A DNA stretch of 64,000 nucleotides from Candidatus Onthoplasma sp. (lineage in GTDB: Bacteria > Bacillota > Clostridia > Christensenellales > UBA1242): positions 17,382 through 81,381 of the forward strand of contig JBGVOQ010000023.1 of assembly GCA_045126575.1 (NCBI GenBank), given 5' to 3'. The stretch's first letter is position 1. Each line of letters opens with the position of its first letter. The position numbers and the translations under genes are program-made. This document shows positions 1-11,216 of the stretch, in pieces. The notes beneath the pieces are model-generated. The model saw only the letters and a program-made list of their open reading frames with translations. It was not told the DNA's origin and searched no databases.

Positions 1-3000
1 TGCCAAATCCTGCAACACCGGTTACATTTTTGCCAAGATACATATTGTACTGCTTGCCTGTTCCGTGCTTGTAACTAGATAGTACGCTAACGTTACTTGT
101 TACACCCACGATTTCCAAATCGCCTACAATAATTCCTGCCAATCCACCAACAGCATTTCGTCCCAATACTAATAAATTGTCATTATCAATATTAATATTG
201 TATAACTTAGCGCTATCCATCGCTCCAGCCAACACGCCTACTGCGTAAGCACTGCTTGCCTTAACCTCGGCAGGTATTAAATTTAGGTTTCTAATATTAG
301 CATATTTTACTTCCTTAAACAATCCTACATAATGTTGACTATCGTCTATTAAATCATCTTGTCCTTGTTCAAGTTTGTATATGGTAAAGTTGCTTATTTC
401 CATATTGTTGCCTTCGATATTTGACATTAAAGTTTTGTTTACGGTTGTAGGGTTACCCACAAATCCTTCAGCTTCAAAGTCAATATCACGCACAATTTGA
501 ATTGTTATACCCTCAATTGTATAATTTTTATTTTCATCAAATTGCTTTAACCAGCCTTCATATGTTTCAACGTCGTAGATGTTGTATATGTCATCATATT
601 CGTCATAATTTGAATTAAATCCTGCATTTACAAGCTTTGGTCCTTTGACGGTTTTGGTCCATATACCTTCAGAAGTGATTTCTGCAAATATAAATCCATT
701 CCAAATAGTATTTTCAATATTAATAAGTCGCACAATCTCCAATCCTGGAAGTTTAGGATTATTGTTGCCGTCGGTGATACAGTAACTATTGGTTATTGTT
801 CCAACAGTGCTTGTATCGTATATAAACTTACTATAGAACAAACTATTTTTAGTTTCTACCTTGGAATAGCTGTTAATAATATCGCCCGAACTCTTGTACA
901 CAAATCCACCAATGCTGCCTTGTGTATGTATCTTAGCACCATTAATGTAACAGTTGGTTATTGTTCCTGAATTATCTAGTACAAATCCGGCAGTATCACC
1001 AACACTTCGTATATTGTCCTCATCTCTAGTAAATTCCACGTAACTTAATGAGATTGTTGCGCCACTAGAGTTGTTTACTACAAATCCAGCAGTTAACACG
1101 TCACTTACATAACTTGTAGTTGCCATGTAACTTGATATTCTACCATCAAAGTTGGTTGTGGCAATTTTACCATTGTTAGTGCCCGCTATTCCGCCAACTA
1201 GTGCTATAGCATTAATATGTAATGTTACCGTACTATTTGTAATAGCAGCATCCTTTTGTGTTTCAACAGATGTATCACCATTTAGCGCAGTTATACCACC
1301 ACAATCAATTAATTGAGCCGCAATATTGTTAGCCCTAATTTCCACTTGTCCTGACACTTCCACGTTGGTTATCACGCCTAGGTTAATACCGGCAATTCCA
1401 CCAAAGTGTACGTTGTTGCCAGGGTGTTCCTCAAATTGTTGATTTAAGTCAATTTCGGCCCACAAATCCATATTATTATCGTTACGATATACAACCCTTA
1501 AATTTTGTATAATAGAATTTTCTGCAAGTGTACCAAATAGTCCAATATTGATATCTCCAGTCAAGTAATCGTTACGTAACTGGTCTTCATTAAATGACGC
1601 AATTGTAATAGAATATTTTCCACCATTAAATCCGCCAATTGCTACGTTTGAAGGTGTGTAGTTATTTAGCGTAATATTATCGCCTAATTGATAATACTTG
1701 CCTTCCAACATATCTTCCAATTCCGCTTGAGTATAGATGGTAATATATTCATCAAACGGAGTGGTCTTTTTAGATACATTAAATCCAAAACTGTTGGAAA
1801 TATCTGTGCCTGAATCTATGCTTGAATCTATGCTTGGATATCCAGCAGCATATTTAACTGGAAACTCAACATTTAACCTATAGTCATTAATATCCTTACC
1901 GCCTGCAATTCTAGGGTCCTTGGCGTGAATTTTAAAGTGGTTGTCTTCATGCTTAATGCTAAAGCCTGTTTCCACCACCTCACCATTAATCACCTGACGG
2001 TCAAATGTTTGACTACTATTGTTTATTAGGTCGTGTGCAATATTATTCAAATCGATTAATCTGATTTTCTTAGTTCCATTAGTTCCACCAAATCCTTCAT
2101 TAAATTCTTTAAGAATATCGTTAATCTTTTCCAAGTCTGCTTTTAACGTGCTATTAATACCCTCAAACGCATTATCTGCCTGTAACTCATATTTAGTATT
2201 CCAATATGTGTTACTAATGTTGTTGTAGTATGAAATATCTGTTTTGTCAAAGTAGAATTGAGTAACAAATTCATCATCCCAGTCACCATACAAATCACCT
2301 TGCGAACTAGTGTGAGTCATACTTATAGCATGTATTACAAATTTTTGCACTTTAAATTTAATGGTTGCCTCGCAGTACTCGGTTGAACCGTTAAGTGATT
2401 TGGAAGCCTTAAATGTTAGATGAATAGTATTTCCTAGTAGACTATCCCATGAGCCTTCGTGTTCCTTATTAAATAATAAAATATATTTACCATATCTATA
2501 TTCTAATTTTAATATATCATTTAGTCCAGTTACTTCATTTTCGTTGTCGTTATAAATCTTTACTTCCGGAGTTAATGAACCCTCATCAATATTGTGGGTT
2601 TGAACGGTAACACCAGCCTCCACACCAACTGCCAAGTTGGTTTCTTTCGCAGCCGAAACCACTATTCTACCAGTTTCTTCGTCTGTAGTAATTTCAGTAG
2701 CCGCACTTGTGTCAACCTCTAACGATTGTCCCTTTGGAGGAGTGTATGTCATAATAACTGTTGGATAAGCAATAGCTTCCACATTTAAATGTGTAGTATA
2801 CACTGCTTGTCCATCACGATATGCAATCATGCTTAGTGTATGGGTTATGTTAGTAATAGCCTTGCTTGGCAATCTTGCTTCTACAAATAGTTGTGATGCT
2901 TGTACACTATCATTACCATCGCTTCCAAGTTTGCGCAACTTAATACCATTGTCAACCCATTTATCCATATTGGCAGGAGTTTTGTATGCGCCTGAACTAT

Positions 3001-6000
3001 CTTTATAAACTTGTCGCAATAATATGCGCTCGGTGGTTAAACTATCCACAATTTCAACATAATCAAACACTGCGATATTAGGTGCAATGTCAATACCTAT
3101 AATATTAATAGAGCCTGGCCTAATAAGTGTGCTTTGATTTAGGTTTTTGTCCCTAATTTTACCATCTGGGTCAAGTTTTACACCGTTTTTGCGATAGTTA
3201 CGAGCAATCATACTAGACATTGTTTGAGGTTCGATATCAATAAATGTAACCGCTTGTACATTTTGACCATCAAGTTTAACCTTATTGCCATTTTCGTCCT
3301 TTAAGTAGATTGTAATCTGCAACTTAAGTGACTTGTTGATATAATGAGATTTGTCGTTTAATTTTAACTTTAACCCAAACTCTTGCAAGTTGTTGGTTAA
3401 ATCTAAATTATCTATAATATTTCCCGGATAACTTAATGTATATTTAATTGAATCATTACTTAAAGTTGAAATTTTGGTTAAAGTAGTGGTTGCGTTATTA
3501 ATAATTGCTACAGCGCTTAAATCCAACATTTCAACCACGTTAATGGTTGGATTATTGCCACCTTCGGCACCTAATGGATTATCAACTTGCCAATCACCTA
3601 TCGCCTCAACATCAATATAAATATCCTTTTGAACTGTATCGGTTGCAATCTTTACATTTAAATTGGTTTCGCTATCTGCAGGCATCATTACAATATGGTT
3701 CTTGTTAGCATTAATGGCGCTTGCACCACGCTTAGTAGATATATTAAATGTTGAACTGTATCCCTCCAATATAGGAGACTCTGAGTTAGTTGATGTCCCA
3801 TTGTCCGCTTTATAATCGGATATAACATATGGCACAGCCTCTACATTAAATGTTTTTTCACAATAATCTTTTACGCTTATTGTTATAGGTGTTCCAAATG
3901 GAATACGATATACAAGTTTGGTAAATATTTCATCATGATTTACACACTTATCTTCACACAATGTTCCATTTAGTTCGATATAATCTTTAATGTTTACTTC
4001 TGGTTGGGTAGCATTATCATCTGAGCAAGTAATAGTAAGTTGTGTGCCCACACGTGTTGCAGGCTTGTAGTTAAATTCCTTATCAAAATAATTAACTGTA
4101 GATTTAACGTTAGGATAAATTATTTTGCTAGAGCCTTTTACTATGCTTAATGGTGTGTCATTGTTGATAACAAAATCGTTGTGCAAACTTGCACTTGTAT
4201 GCAAGCTAAATGCCTTAACTTTGCTACGTACAATCACTACAAAACTAGCACTTACACTAGGATTAATTATGGATGTCATTGTAATGGTTACTTGACCTTC
4301 ATTTAATAGCAATAGATATCCATCATCTAACACACGGACAATGCTTGAATCGCTACTCTTTAATGTAACACGTCTAAGCGACTCAGGAACTATCAGTATT
4401 TTTTTCTCGTTGATAATGTCATCCATATTAACCTTGTTAAACTCATACGCTGCTTCCAACACATTTTCATCAGCAATATCAGTTAAACCATAGTAGTACA
4501 AAATCAAAGCCTTTGCACGATAATCACTTGGATTAGAATTTGTATCTTCTGTATCGATTACACTACCTCTTAAAGTGTATCTAGTAGGATTTCCACTAAC
4601 ATCCTTTTCATATAAAGCATAATCTCCATCTTTTATATAATACTCACCATTATCATCTTGTTTATACCAATTAAGCAATGAATCACTATCCGAATCTGCA
4701 ATAGTTATAAGTGTAGGAATAGGGTTGATAATGTTTTTGTCTTCTTCATCAACAATGTAAGGTTCGTTATTGTTTTGTCCACCATAAAGCATAAAACCAT
4801 TGGACGAAGTTGTGCTTTCAGTTCCTGGTCCTTGATAATAACCTTTGTATGTTGTATGTTCCTTACTATCAACACCATTAACAATCCAATATACGTTGTA
4901 ATAAGGTAGTATAGTATTGTGATTTACAATACCTTCATATGCTGTTGCATCAATCACTCCATAGTAATATGCTGTGTATATGGCTGCAAATGCAAACTTT
5001 TGTTGATCTTGTTGATCTATCAAACCTATTAAACCAATTAAACCAGCAACATTACTTGAACCACTAATAGTAACGCTAGCAGCGCTGCTGATAACTGTTG
5101 TTATTTCTAGGCTAGTATGCGTTCCATTTGAAGGCGCAGTATCTTCCGAGTTTGCTAAACCTATTAAGCCACCAACATTTGTATCGCCTATAATGTCGTA
5201 TGTAGTTACATATTCCTTTGATTTGTATCCCCAACCAAAGTTGTTTGCATAGCAATATAGCAAGTCACTATTATTAGCATTACCAATTAAGCCACCAACA
5301 TTTTCCTGTCCTTCCACACCTTCGCCAGATGTATACATTTCGTAATACACATGTTGATAACTACCGTGGGTATCGTGACCAACTGCTCCGCCAACGTTTG
5401 AATTTCCTTTAACCTTGGCAGTAGAATAACTTTCCGTAATCTGGAAGCCTATTTCAGGTTTAGCATCCGCTCCAGTAAATTTAGCATCGCTCACATACAA
5501 ACCACCTGCGTCACTAACAGTTATTTCTGCCGGCATATCAACATACTTAGATACACTGTTAACAATTACCGTTTTAGCAGCATTTTTACCAATAATACCA
5601 CCAACGTTATTTACGTTTAATTCTTTAGCATTGTCAATTCCATAAACAGTTCCATCAGTAAGCACATTGGTTACGTTTCCGCCATTATTAAAGCCTATGG
5701 CTCCGCCTAATGCGCCATCACCGCTAGAGTTTGTAACTTGTAAGTTGACGTATGCGGTAATACCTTGCTTACCATAGTACATATTGGAATATAATTCACC
5801 ATTTCTATCATAATTGTATGATGATTGAGCACCTTCTAAACTTCCAGTATTTTGACCTATAATGCCACCTAAAGTTATTGTTGAATTATTATTGCCCTCA
5901 ACTTTAATATTGGCCTCAACCGCCACCACATCAGTATCGGTAAGATTGATTTTACCATTATTTATTGCCACTAACGAAGCAATTGTATAACTATTTTCAC

Positions 6001-9000
6001 TTTGTCCAACAATCACTTGGCCATCAGCAATAACTGTTACATCCTTAATAGTTCCGCTGTTTTTACCAATTAATGCTATAGAAACGTTGTTGCCATTTTT
6101 ATTTTCAACGTTTTCGATATAATTGATATCCAAGTTAAAGCTTACATTTTCGATTGTTCCTGTCAAATTAGCAAACACTACAGGGTTATCGTATGTTAAC
6201 ATTATGCCAGCAATTCTAAACCTTGTATCATCATTTTCGTATTGTTTAAAGCTACTAATACTTCCGCTAAAGTCGCCATTAAATGTAACGCCCTGACCAT
6301 TTAAATTGATATTGGATATCAATGCATAATGGTTTTCGTTAACACCTTCAACAAAGTCATTTTGGATATTTTTAAAATCATTTGAATTAGCAATTAGATA
6401 TGGGTTGCCCACACTTCCGTCAGACACTATAATATCAATAATCACACAAGGTCTGCCATCAACATAGTGTATATAGTTCTGCGTATCTCTCCAGTCGCTA
6501 TCCACTCTATCCTTAGCCACTATAATCAACTTTGCCTTGCCTGGGTTAGTTGCAGTTACCAGTCCGTTACTAGAAACAGTTGCAACACCGTTTGATTGCG
6601 TTCCCATTGGTGAACATATCAAATATTCCACAATATTAAATGATGCAGGTTTATCATCTTCACCTTTCACCGTTGCGCTAAATTGCTTAGATTCTCCAAC
6701 CTTTAAATTGATATATGGGCCACCCGATTTAAACACATTTACAGTAGTGTCCAGTTCTACCCTTTTGCTTAAAACAGGTTTTTGGATACTGTATGAACAA
6801 TACACAGGGATTTCTATGCCAAATTGTTTAATTGTAGCAATTAGCCTTCCTGTTGCCTTTTTGTCGGTTGTATTACGGAAGGTGTAAGTACATGATTTTT
6901 CTGCTTGGGATACATCCACAGTTCCGCCAACACTGCTCCACGTAACATCAATATAATTAAACACGTCATCATCACCATTGTTAAGGGATATCGTTAATGT
7001 TTCCTTTCCATAAAGTTCCCTAAGGTCATTATTGTAAGTTCCTTCCCCTTCATCAAGTTCATAACTATATTTTTCTATATTAGTTTTGCTAAGCACCGCT
7101 TTAGTTACAGGCTTGTAGATATATATAAGTATATTTTTTTGTATTTCATCCTTTTCTTCACTTCTTTGATAGTAATCGTATTTATATACCGAAATAGTGT
7201 ACCTTAATTGGATAAAATTCTCCTTACCCTCAGCAGCATTAAATGTTCCGTTTAATCCTGTTTTTATGATTTGGTTACCATATTGGTCGATTCCGCACAT
7301 ATTGCTTGTATCATATGATAAATCTCCTATCTCAAACCTTTCAACAGTCACACCAGCATCACCAATAAAGTCCTTGTTTTTATAATCAAACTTTGCAAGG
7401 TACTGACTAGACGTAGCCAAAACATAAACATTGTCTCTTCCTACATAATAAGTATTATTATAACTTAGACTCTCCGCTTGCTTATACTCAGAACCATCAA
7501 GCACGTAATAACCTTCCCAACTGCTCGGTATTTTATCTAATTTGATTCTTACATACTTGCTATCTAGTACATCCCCCTTAAAGTTAGCCAATGGGATATC
7601 CACATCAATATCATCTTCGGTAAGAGGTTTATATATTGTTATATTGCGCTTAACTAATGGTTCTGCCTTGATGTCGCCTCCATCTTGCCTAAACTCAATG
7701 ATATAATCATCACAAACAACATCAACCGAATCGATTTTTCCTATTAATATAATATCCGAATCTTCTTTTTGGTAATTATATGTTAATTCCTCTTTAAATT
7801 CTATTTTAGTAGCATCTTCCCATTTATTTAATACAGCAATACCAAGGTTTGTATCGCATTCACATTGTGACTTATTAATGCATTTATCACAATCCTTACG
7901 TCTTATGGTAATATTGATATTTACATTTTGCTTTTCGTCATCATTTAGCGTTTCGTTGTTTAATCCAAAAACGTCAGTGATATAAAATCCATAAAGTGAT
8001 TTCACATTATTCACATTATTAAGTTCACTATTAGATACAAGCATATCATTAGATAAATAGAATTGCCAATTTGGGTCGGTAGGATTTGCACCAGCAGCAT
8101 CCCACAAGTTACCACCAGTACCACCAGGAGTTACATGAGTTGGCTGGTAATTAATACTACCAACCGTGCGTTGACGATTAAAGTCAAGTTTTAGTTTGAT
8201 TTGAGTTTCTTTAAACTTATTATCATTAATAGCGGTATCATAATCTCCGTTATACCAGTTAGATACACTTATTCCAAATCCAATATCCGAATTTAATCCT
8301 TTACCCTTGTTAAGATTCCACTTAATGTATATCATATTTCTGCTAGAAAGTGGCTCTGATACAAAATAGTCACTTGTTTCAGATTCGTGATAAAATTTAA
8401 TTTGGTTACCATCTTTCAATATTGAAATTTGATACAAATTGCCCTTTACACCAACTAAATCATACAGTTCACTCTTGTTCATTTCTTCAGATTGGTAAAT
8501 ATAAGGGCTTTTTCCGTCTTCTATAAATTCTGGATTGATATATAACAAATCCTTATGTATTGTAATCCTATATTGCTTTAAAGCCGACAGCGTGTTAGTG
8601 CTTAGCATTTGGAACCTAAATGCTTGACCAACCGAGTTTGAATCATTTAAAGGTGTAAGCGCCTTAAAATTATAATTACTAGTATCAGAATTTTCAATAA
8701 CAACCCTTTCGCCGTTATTAACCACACTAAACGAAGTTGCTCGCTCTCCAACCGTGCAAGGAATCTTTAACTCAAACGAGTTAATATCTCCAACGCAATC
8801 TTTAGGGCTAAACTTAACACTTATATCACCCTCGCCGTAACAAGTAGATGTAGCAATAGCTCTAATTTTGCCAAACTCAACATATTCCAATGTTAAACCT
8901 TGAATATTGCTATATGCAGTTATGTCGTACAGGTCATCTAATAACTCATACGAATTTAATCCAATATAAGGATTTTCTTTCGCAGCCTCTTCATCTGGGT

Positions 9001-9946
9001 TATTTAATTTTAATTCAATCACTGCCGTGCTATACAAATCATAGCCTGAATAACTATCATCTTCACGTCCAGCATCTTCATCAGGGTTACTAATCAGTGC
9101 TAATTCATGTAATTTCCCCTTGATGTCTCCATGAGTTTTGCTTGTGACAGCAATATCATCACTATCCAACAAATCGGTTATATACACCGTTACCGTTTCA
9201 AATATATGTGGCATCACCGAAGCGCCCAATATTGAAACTGGGTAAATATCTATCCACCCATCAGTAGTACATGTTTTATCTATTAAAATCACGCTCTTAA
9301 CTGCGTTTTTAATATTATCTTCACCAACCTCTTTCCCGTCCTTATCATACGAAACCACTTTTACACCAGCAGGATTTTCTGAATGCAAATCTTTATCCCA
9401 AACAATTGTGTCGGTATAATTTAACGGCTTACAATCCAATAAGTCATTGGTTGGAATTTCGTACACCCTTTCACTTTCATCCTCTTCAAATGTTGGACGT
9501 TGCAAAACATACGACTGATTATTAACTTTTACATCTTGTAATTTTTTACCAATGTTAAGAGGGACTTTACAATTTTTACCAGAACCTAGATGAGTAATAA
9601 TCAACTCGCCACCTTCAACCGGTTGCAATGCACTAATAACAACGTTGCAAGTAGTTCCGCTAGCACTACATGATTCAACCTTTACAACTTCGGTAGGACT
9701 AGATGCAACACTAACCGAACCCCATTCCTTTACTCCGGATATATTAAAAGTAACTCCACACTTTGACAACACCGAGTCATCTAACACCAAACTAATTTCG
9801 CCATTCTTAACATAATAGTCCTCGGAGCCGTAAACAATATTTCCTAAACTAATATTTAACTTTTTATACTTATTACCACACCCGCAAAAAACAATGCCTG
9901 ATACAAGCACCAAAAGTGTAGCAATTAATAATGACATCTTTTTCAT
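1..9946 (-). CDS. Giant secreted/cell-surface repeat protein (>=3315 aa; C-terminus lies beyond window start) with GLUG-type glycine-rich repeats
   Basis: Absent from the supplied ORF track because the ORF runs off the edge. The ATG at 9946 gives MKKMSLLIATLLVLVSGIVFCGCGN, a signal peptide with a possible non-canonical lipobox. Hand translation at codon starts 151, 1198 and 5299 (all in the frame of 9946) gives AVGGLAG, LVGGIAGTNNGKI and NVGGLIGN. Only 4 short plus-strand ORFs are reported across 10 kb. Confidence 0.8.
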   Translation of the reverse strand, partial: MKKMSLLIATLLVLVSGIVFCGCGNKYKKLNISLGNIVYGSEDYYVKNGEISLVLDDSVLSKCGVTFNISGVKEWGSVSVASSPTEVVKVESCSASGTTCNVVISALQPVEGGELIITHLGSGKNCKVPLNIGKKLQDVKVNNQSYVLQRPTFEEDESERVYEIPTNDLLDCKPLNYTDTIVWDKDLHSENPAGVKVVSYDKDGKEVGEDNIKNAVKSVILIDKTCTTDGWIDIYPVSILGASVMPHIFETVTVYITDLLDSDDIAVTSKTHGDIKGKLHELALISNPDEDAGREDDSYSGYDLYSTAVIELKLNNPDEEAAKENPYIGLNSYELLDDLYDITAYSNIQGLTLEYVEFGKIRAIATSTCYGEGDISVKFSPKDCVGDINSFELKIPCTVGERATSFSVVNNGERVVIENSDTSNYNFKALTPLNDSNSVGQAFRFQMLSTNTLSALKQYRITIHKDLLYINPEFIEDGKSPYIYQSEEMNKSELYDLVGVKGNLYQISILKDGNQIKFYHESETSDYFVSEPLSSRNMIYIKWNLNKGKGLNSDIGFGISVSNWYNGDYDTAINDNKFKETQIKLKLDFNRQRTVGSINYQPTHVTPGGTGGNLWDAAGANPTDPNWQFYLSNDMLVSNSELNNVNNVKSLYGFYITDVFGLNNETLNDDEKQNVNINITIRRKDCDKCINKSQCECDTNLGIAVLNKWEDATKIEFKEELTYNYQKEDSDIILIGKIDSVDVVCDDYIIEFRQDGGDIKAEPLVKRNITIYKPLTEDDIDVDIPLANFKGDVLDSKYVRIKLDKIPSSWEGYYVLDGSEYKQAESLSYNNTYYVGRDNVYVLATSSQYLAKFDYKNKDFIGDAGVTVERFEIGDLSYDTSNMCGIDQYGNQIIKTGLNGTFNAAEGKENFIQLRYTISVYKYDYYQRSEEKDEIQKNILIYIYKPVTKAVLSKTNIEKYSYELDEGEGTYNNDLRELYGKETLTISLNNGDDDVFNYIDVTWSSVGGTVDVSQAEKSCTYTFRNTTDKKATGRLIATIKQFGIEIPVYCSYSIQKPVLSKRVELDTTVNVFKSGGPYINLKVGESKQFSATVKGEDDKPASFNIVEYLICSPMGTQSNGVATVSSNGLVTATNPGKAKLIIVAKDRVDSDWRDTQNYIHYVDGRPCVIIDIIVSDGSVGNPYLIANSNDFKNIQNDFVEGVNENHYALISNINLNGQGVTFNGDFSGSISSFKQYENDDTRFRIAGIMLTYDNPVVFANLTGTIENVSFNLDINYIENVENKNGNNVSIALIGKNSGTIKDVTVIADGQVIVGQSENSYTIASLVAINNGKINLTDTDVVAVEANIKVEGNNNSTITLGGIIGQNTGSLEGAQSSYNYDRNGELYSNMYYGKQGITAYVNLQVTNSSGDGALGGAIGFNNGGNVTNVLTDGTVYGIDNAKELNVNNVGGIIGKNAAKTVIVNSVSKYVDMPAEITVSDAGGLYVSDAKFTGADAKPEIGFQITESYSTAKVKGNSNVGGAVGHDTHGSYQHVYYEMYTSGEGVEGQENVGGLIGNANNSDLLYCYANNFGWGYKSKEYVTTYDIIGDTNVGGLIGLANSEDTAPSNGTHTSLEITTVISSAASVTISGSSNVAGLIGLIGLIDQQDQQKFAFAAIYTAYYYGVIDATAYEGIVNHNTILPYYNVYWIVNGVDSKEHTTYKGYYQGPGTESTTSSNGFMLYGGQNNNEPYIVDEEDKNIINPIPTLITIADSDSDSLLNWYKQDDNGEYYIKDGDYALYEKDVSGNPTRYTLRGSVIDTEDTNSNPSDYRAKALILYYYGLTDIADENVLEAAYEFNKVNMDDIINEKKILIVPESLRRVTLKSSDSSIVRVLDDGYLLLLNEGQVTITMTSIINPSVSASFVVIVRSKVKAFSLHTSASLHNDFVINNDTPLSIVKGSSKIIYPNVKSTVNYFDKEFNYKPATRVGTQLTITCSDDNATQPEVNIKDYIELNGTLCEDKCVNHDEIFTKLVYRIPFGTPITISVKDYCEKTFNVEAVPYVISDYKADNGTSTNSESPILEGYSSTFNISTKRGASAINANKNHIVMMPADSETNLNVKIATDTVQKDIYIDVEAIGDWQVDNPLGAEGGNNPTINVVEMLDLSAVAIINNATTTLTKISTLSNDSIKYTLSYPGNIIDNLDLTNNLQEFGLKLKLNDKSHYINKSLKLQITIYLKDENGNKVKLDGQNVQAVTFIDIEPQTMSSMIARNYRKNGVKLDPDGKIRDKNLNQSTLIRPGSINIIGIDIAPNIAVFDYVEIVDSLTTERILLRQVYKDSSGAYKTPANMDKWVDNGIKLRKLGSDGNDSVQASQLFVEARLPSKAITNITHTLSMIAYRDGQAVYTTHLNVEAIAYPTVIMTYTPPKGQSLEVDTSAATEITTDEETGRIVVSAAKETNLAVGVEAGVTVQTHNIDEGSLTPEVKIYNDNENEVTGLNDILKLEYRYGKYILLFNKEHEGSWDSLLGNTIHLTFKASKSLNGSTEYCEATIKFKVQKFVIHAISMTHTSSQGDLYGDWDDEFVTQFYFDKTDISYYNNISNTYWNTKYELQADNAFEGINSTLKADLEKINDILKEFNEGFGGTNGTKKIRLIDLNNIAHDLINNSSQTFDRQVINGEVVETGFSIKHEDNHFKIHAKDPRIAGGKDINDYRLNVEFPVKYAAGYPSIDSSIDSGTDISNSFGFNVSKKTTPFDEYITIYTQAELEDMLEGKYYQLGDNITLNNYTPSNVAIGGFNGGKYSITIASFNEDQLRNDYLTGDINIGLFGTLAENSIIQNLRVVYRNDNNMDLWAEIDLNQQFEEHPGNNVHFGGIAGINLGVITNVEVSGQVEIRANNIAAQLIDCGGITALNGDTSVETQKDAAITNSTVTLHINAIALVGGIAGTNNGKIATTNFDGRISSYMATTSYVSDVLTAGFVVNNSSGATISLSYVEFTRDEDNIRSVGDTAGFVLDNSGTITNCYINGAKIHTQGSIGGFVYKSSGDIINSYSKVETKNSLFYSKFIYDTSTVGTITNSYCITDGNNNPKLPGLEIVRLINIENTIWNGFIFAEITSEGIWTKTVKGPKLVNAGFNSNYDEYDDIYNIYDVETYEGWLKQFDENKNYTIEGITIQIVRDIDFEAEGFVGNPTTVNKTLMSNIEGNNMEISNFTIYKLEQGQDDLIDDSQHYVGLFKEVKYANIRNLNLIPAEVKASSAYAVGVLAGAMDSAKLYNINIDNDNLLVLGRNAVGGLAGIIVGDLEIVGVTSNVSVLSSYKHGTGKQYNMYLGKNVTGVAGFG

Positions 9947-10299
9947 AAGTACCCCTGTTAATGTTATTATACGTAACTTTAAACTTTTAATAATATTATT
10001 ATAATAATAAAATTATTATTAGTCAAACCTTTTCACATACTTCACAAACCAAAAACAATTTAAATTATTAAAAAATGTTTAAAAATTATTCCTTAATTAT
10101 TTCGTAAATATATTATAAAAAATAAAAATGTTAGGTTGAAATATTGAACAGTATAGCGATTTTATGCTTATTTGTAGCATGTTTGACACTTATTGACAAT
10201 TTAATAATATTTAAGCAATATTTAACCTATTTTAATATTTTAAATTATTTTTTTATTTAATTTTTTATTTTTTTTATTTTATTAATTTAAAGCTAGCAC

Positions 10300-10328
10300 T
10301 TGACTAACGTAATGTATATAGTTATAAT
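10300..10328 (+). promoter_or_regulatory. Sigma-A type promoter (TTGACT-17 nt-TATAAT)
   Basis: TTGACT at 10300-10305, a 17-nt spacer and TATAAT at 10323-10328. An AGGAG RBS and the ATG at 10348 follow. Confidence 0.5.
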
Positions 10329-10347
10329 ATATGTTAGGAGATTTATT

Positions 10348-11214
10348 ATGAAAAAACATTTTAAGGTTATTATAATCGTAATATCTATTTTAGCCGTTTG
10401 CGGTGTGGGTTTATGGTTTGTATTATCTCGCACAAAGGTTGAACCGCTTGCTCAGGCAGTTAACTCATTTATTGAGCATGAAGAAACTGAGGATTTGCAT
10501 GAACGTCTTACAACATCTCAATCATTGTATAGCGAGCACTACAACGACACACGTATGAATTCGCTTAAGGAAGTTTTGTTAAAGCTAGACACCTTTGAGC
10601 AGGATCTAAATTCATATCTTGTGGTATGTAACGCCAAACCAAAAACCACCAAAAATTTAACCAAATCATACAACAATTTAGCTTCGGCACGTACTAACTT
10701 AATCAAGGATTGTGATGAGTATATTGTTAGAATGCGTGGCAACACCTTGGCTGAGGGTCAAACGGTTAAATCCTTGTACAACAGTTTATTTAATAAGGTT
10801 GCAAATTACATCTCGCAATACAACGCATGCTTTTTGGATACTTCAAACTTCGTGTTTACATCTGTTGCTCCAAGCAACAACATAAAACTTCAAATGTATA
10901 GTTTGTATTCACACGGAGTTAAAAATTTAGTAGGCAACATATCCAATAGTCAGTTTAAAGAACTTACAACTATCAATCGTTTAAATTCATCAATCAGCCT
11001 TGATGGTTACAACAACATCAAATTAAAGAGCGGCATTTTAGGTGGTGAATTTAGTTCATTAGCTTTAAACTTTAAAAAACATTTCAACAACGCTGACAAA
11101 AATGATTTAATATCCAACTTTAATACATACTACTCATTGACAATAAATTCTGATACCGAAACTTCTAACGAAAAGTTGGCGGTATACTACTTTAGACAAA
11201 TTGTGGAGGTGTAA
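10348..11214 (+). CDS. Hypothetical membrane-anchored/secreted protein
   Basis: ORF-track frame. I prefer the internal start MKKHFKVIIIVISILAVCGVGLWF, which has an AGGAG RBS. There is an N-terminal hydrophobic anchor and no recognisable domain. Confidence 0.6.
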   Translation: MKKHFKVIIIVISILAVCGVGLWFVLSRTKVEPLAQAVNSFIEHEETEDLHERLTTSQSLYSEHYNDTRMNSLKEVLLKLDTFEQDLNSYLVVCNAKPKTTKNLTKSYNNLASARTNLIKDCDEYIVRMRGNTLAEGQTVKSLYNSLFNKVANYISQYNACFLDTSNFVFTSVAPSNNIKLQMYSLYSHGVKNLVGNISNSQFKELTTINRLNSSISLDGYNNIKLKSGILGGEFSSLALNFKKHFNNADKNDLISNFNTYYSLTINSDTETSNEKLAVYYFRQIVEV

Positions 11215-11216
11215 CA

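Noticed and set aside
2019-9093. Plus-strand ORFs 2019-2228, 6537-6887, 7197-7385 and 8890-9093
   Set aside because: They lie antisense inside the continuous minus-strand giant ORF, lack an RBS and have low-complexity composition. They are shadow ORFs.
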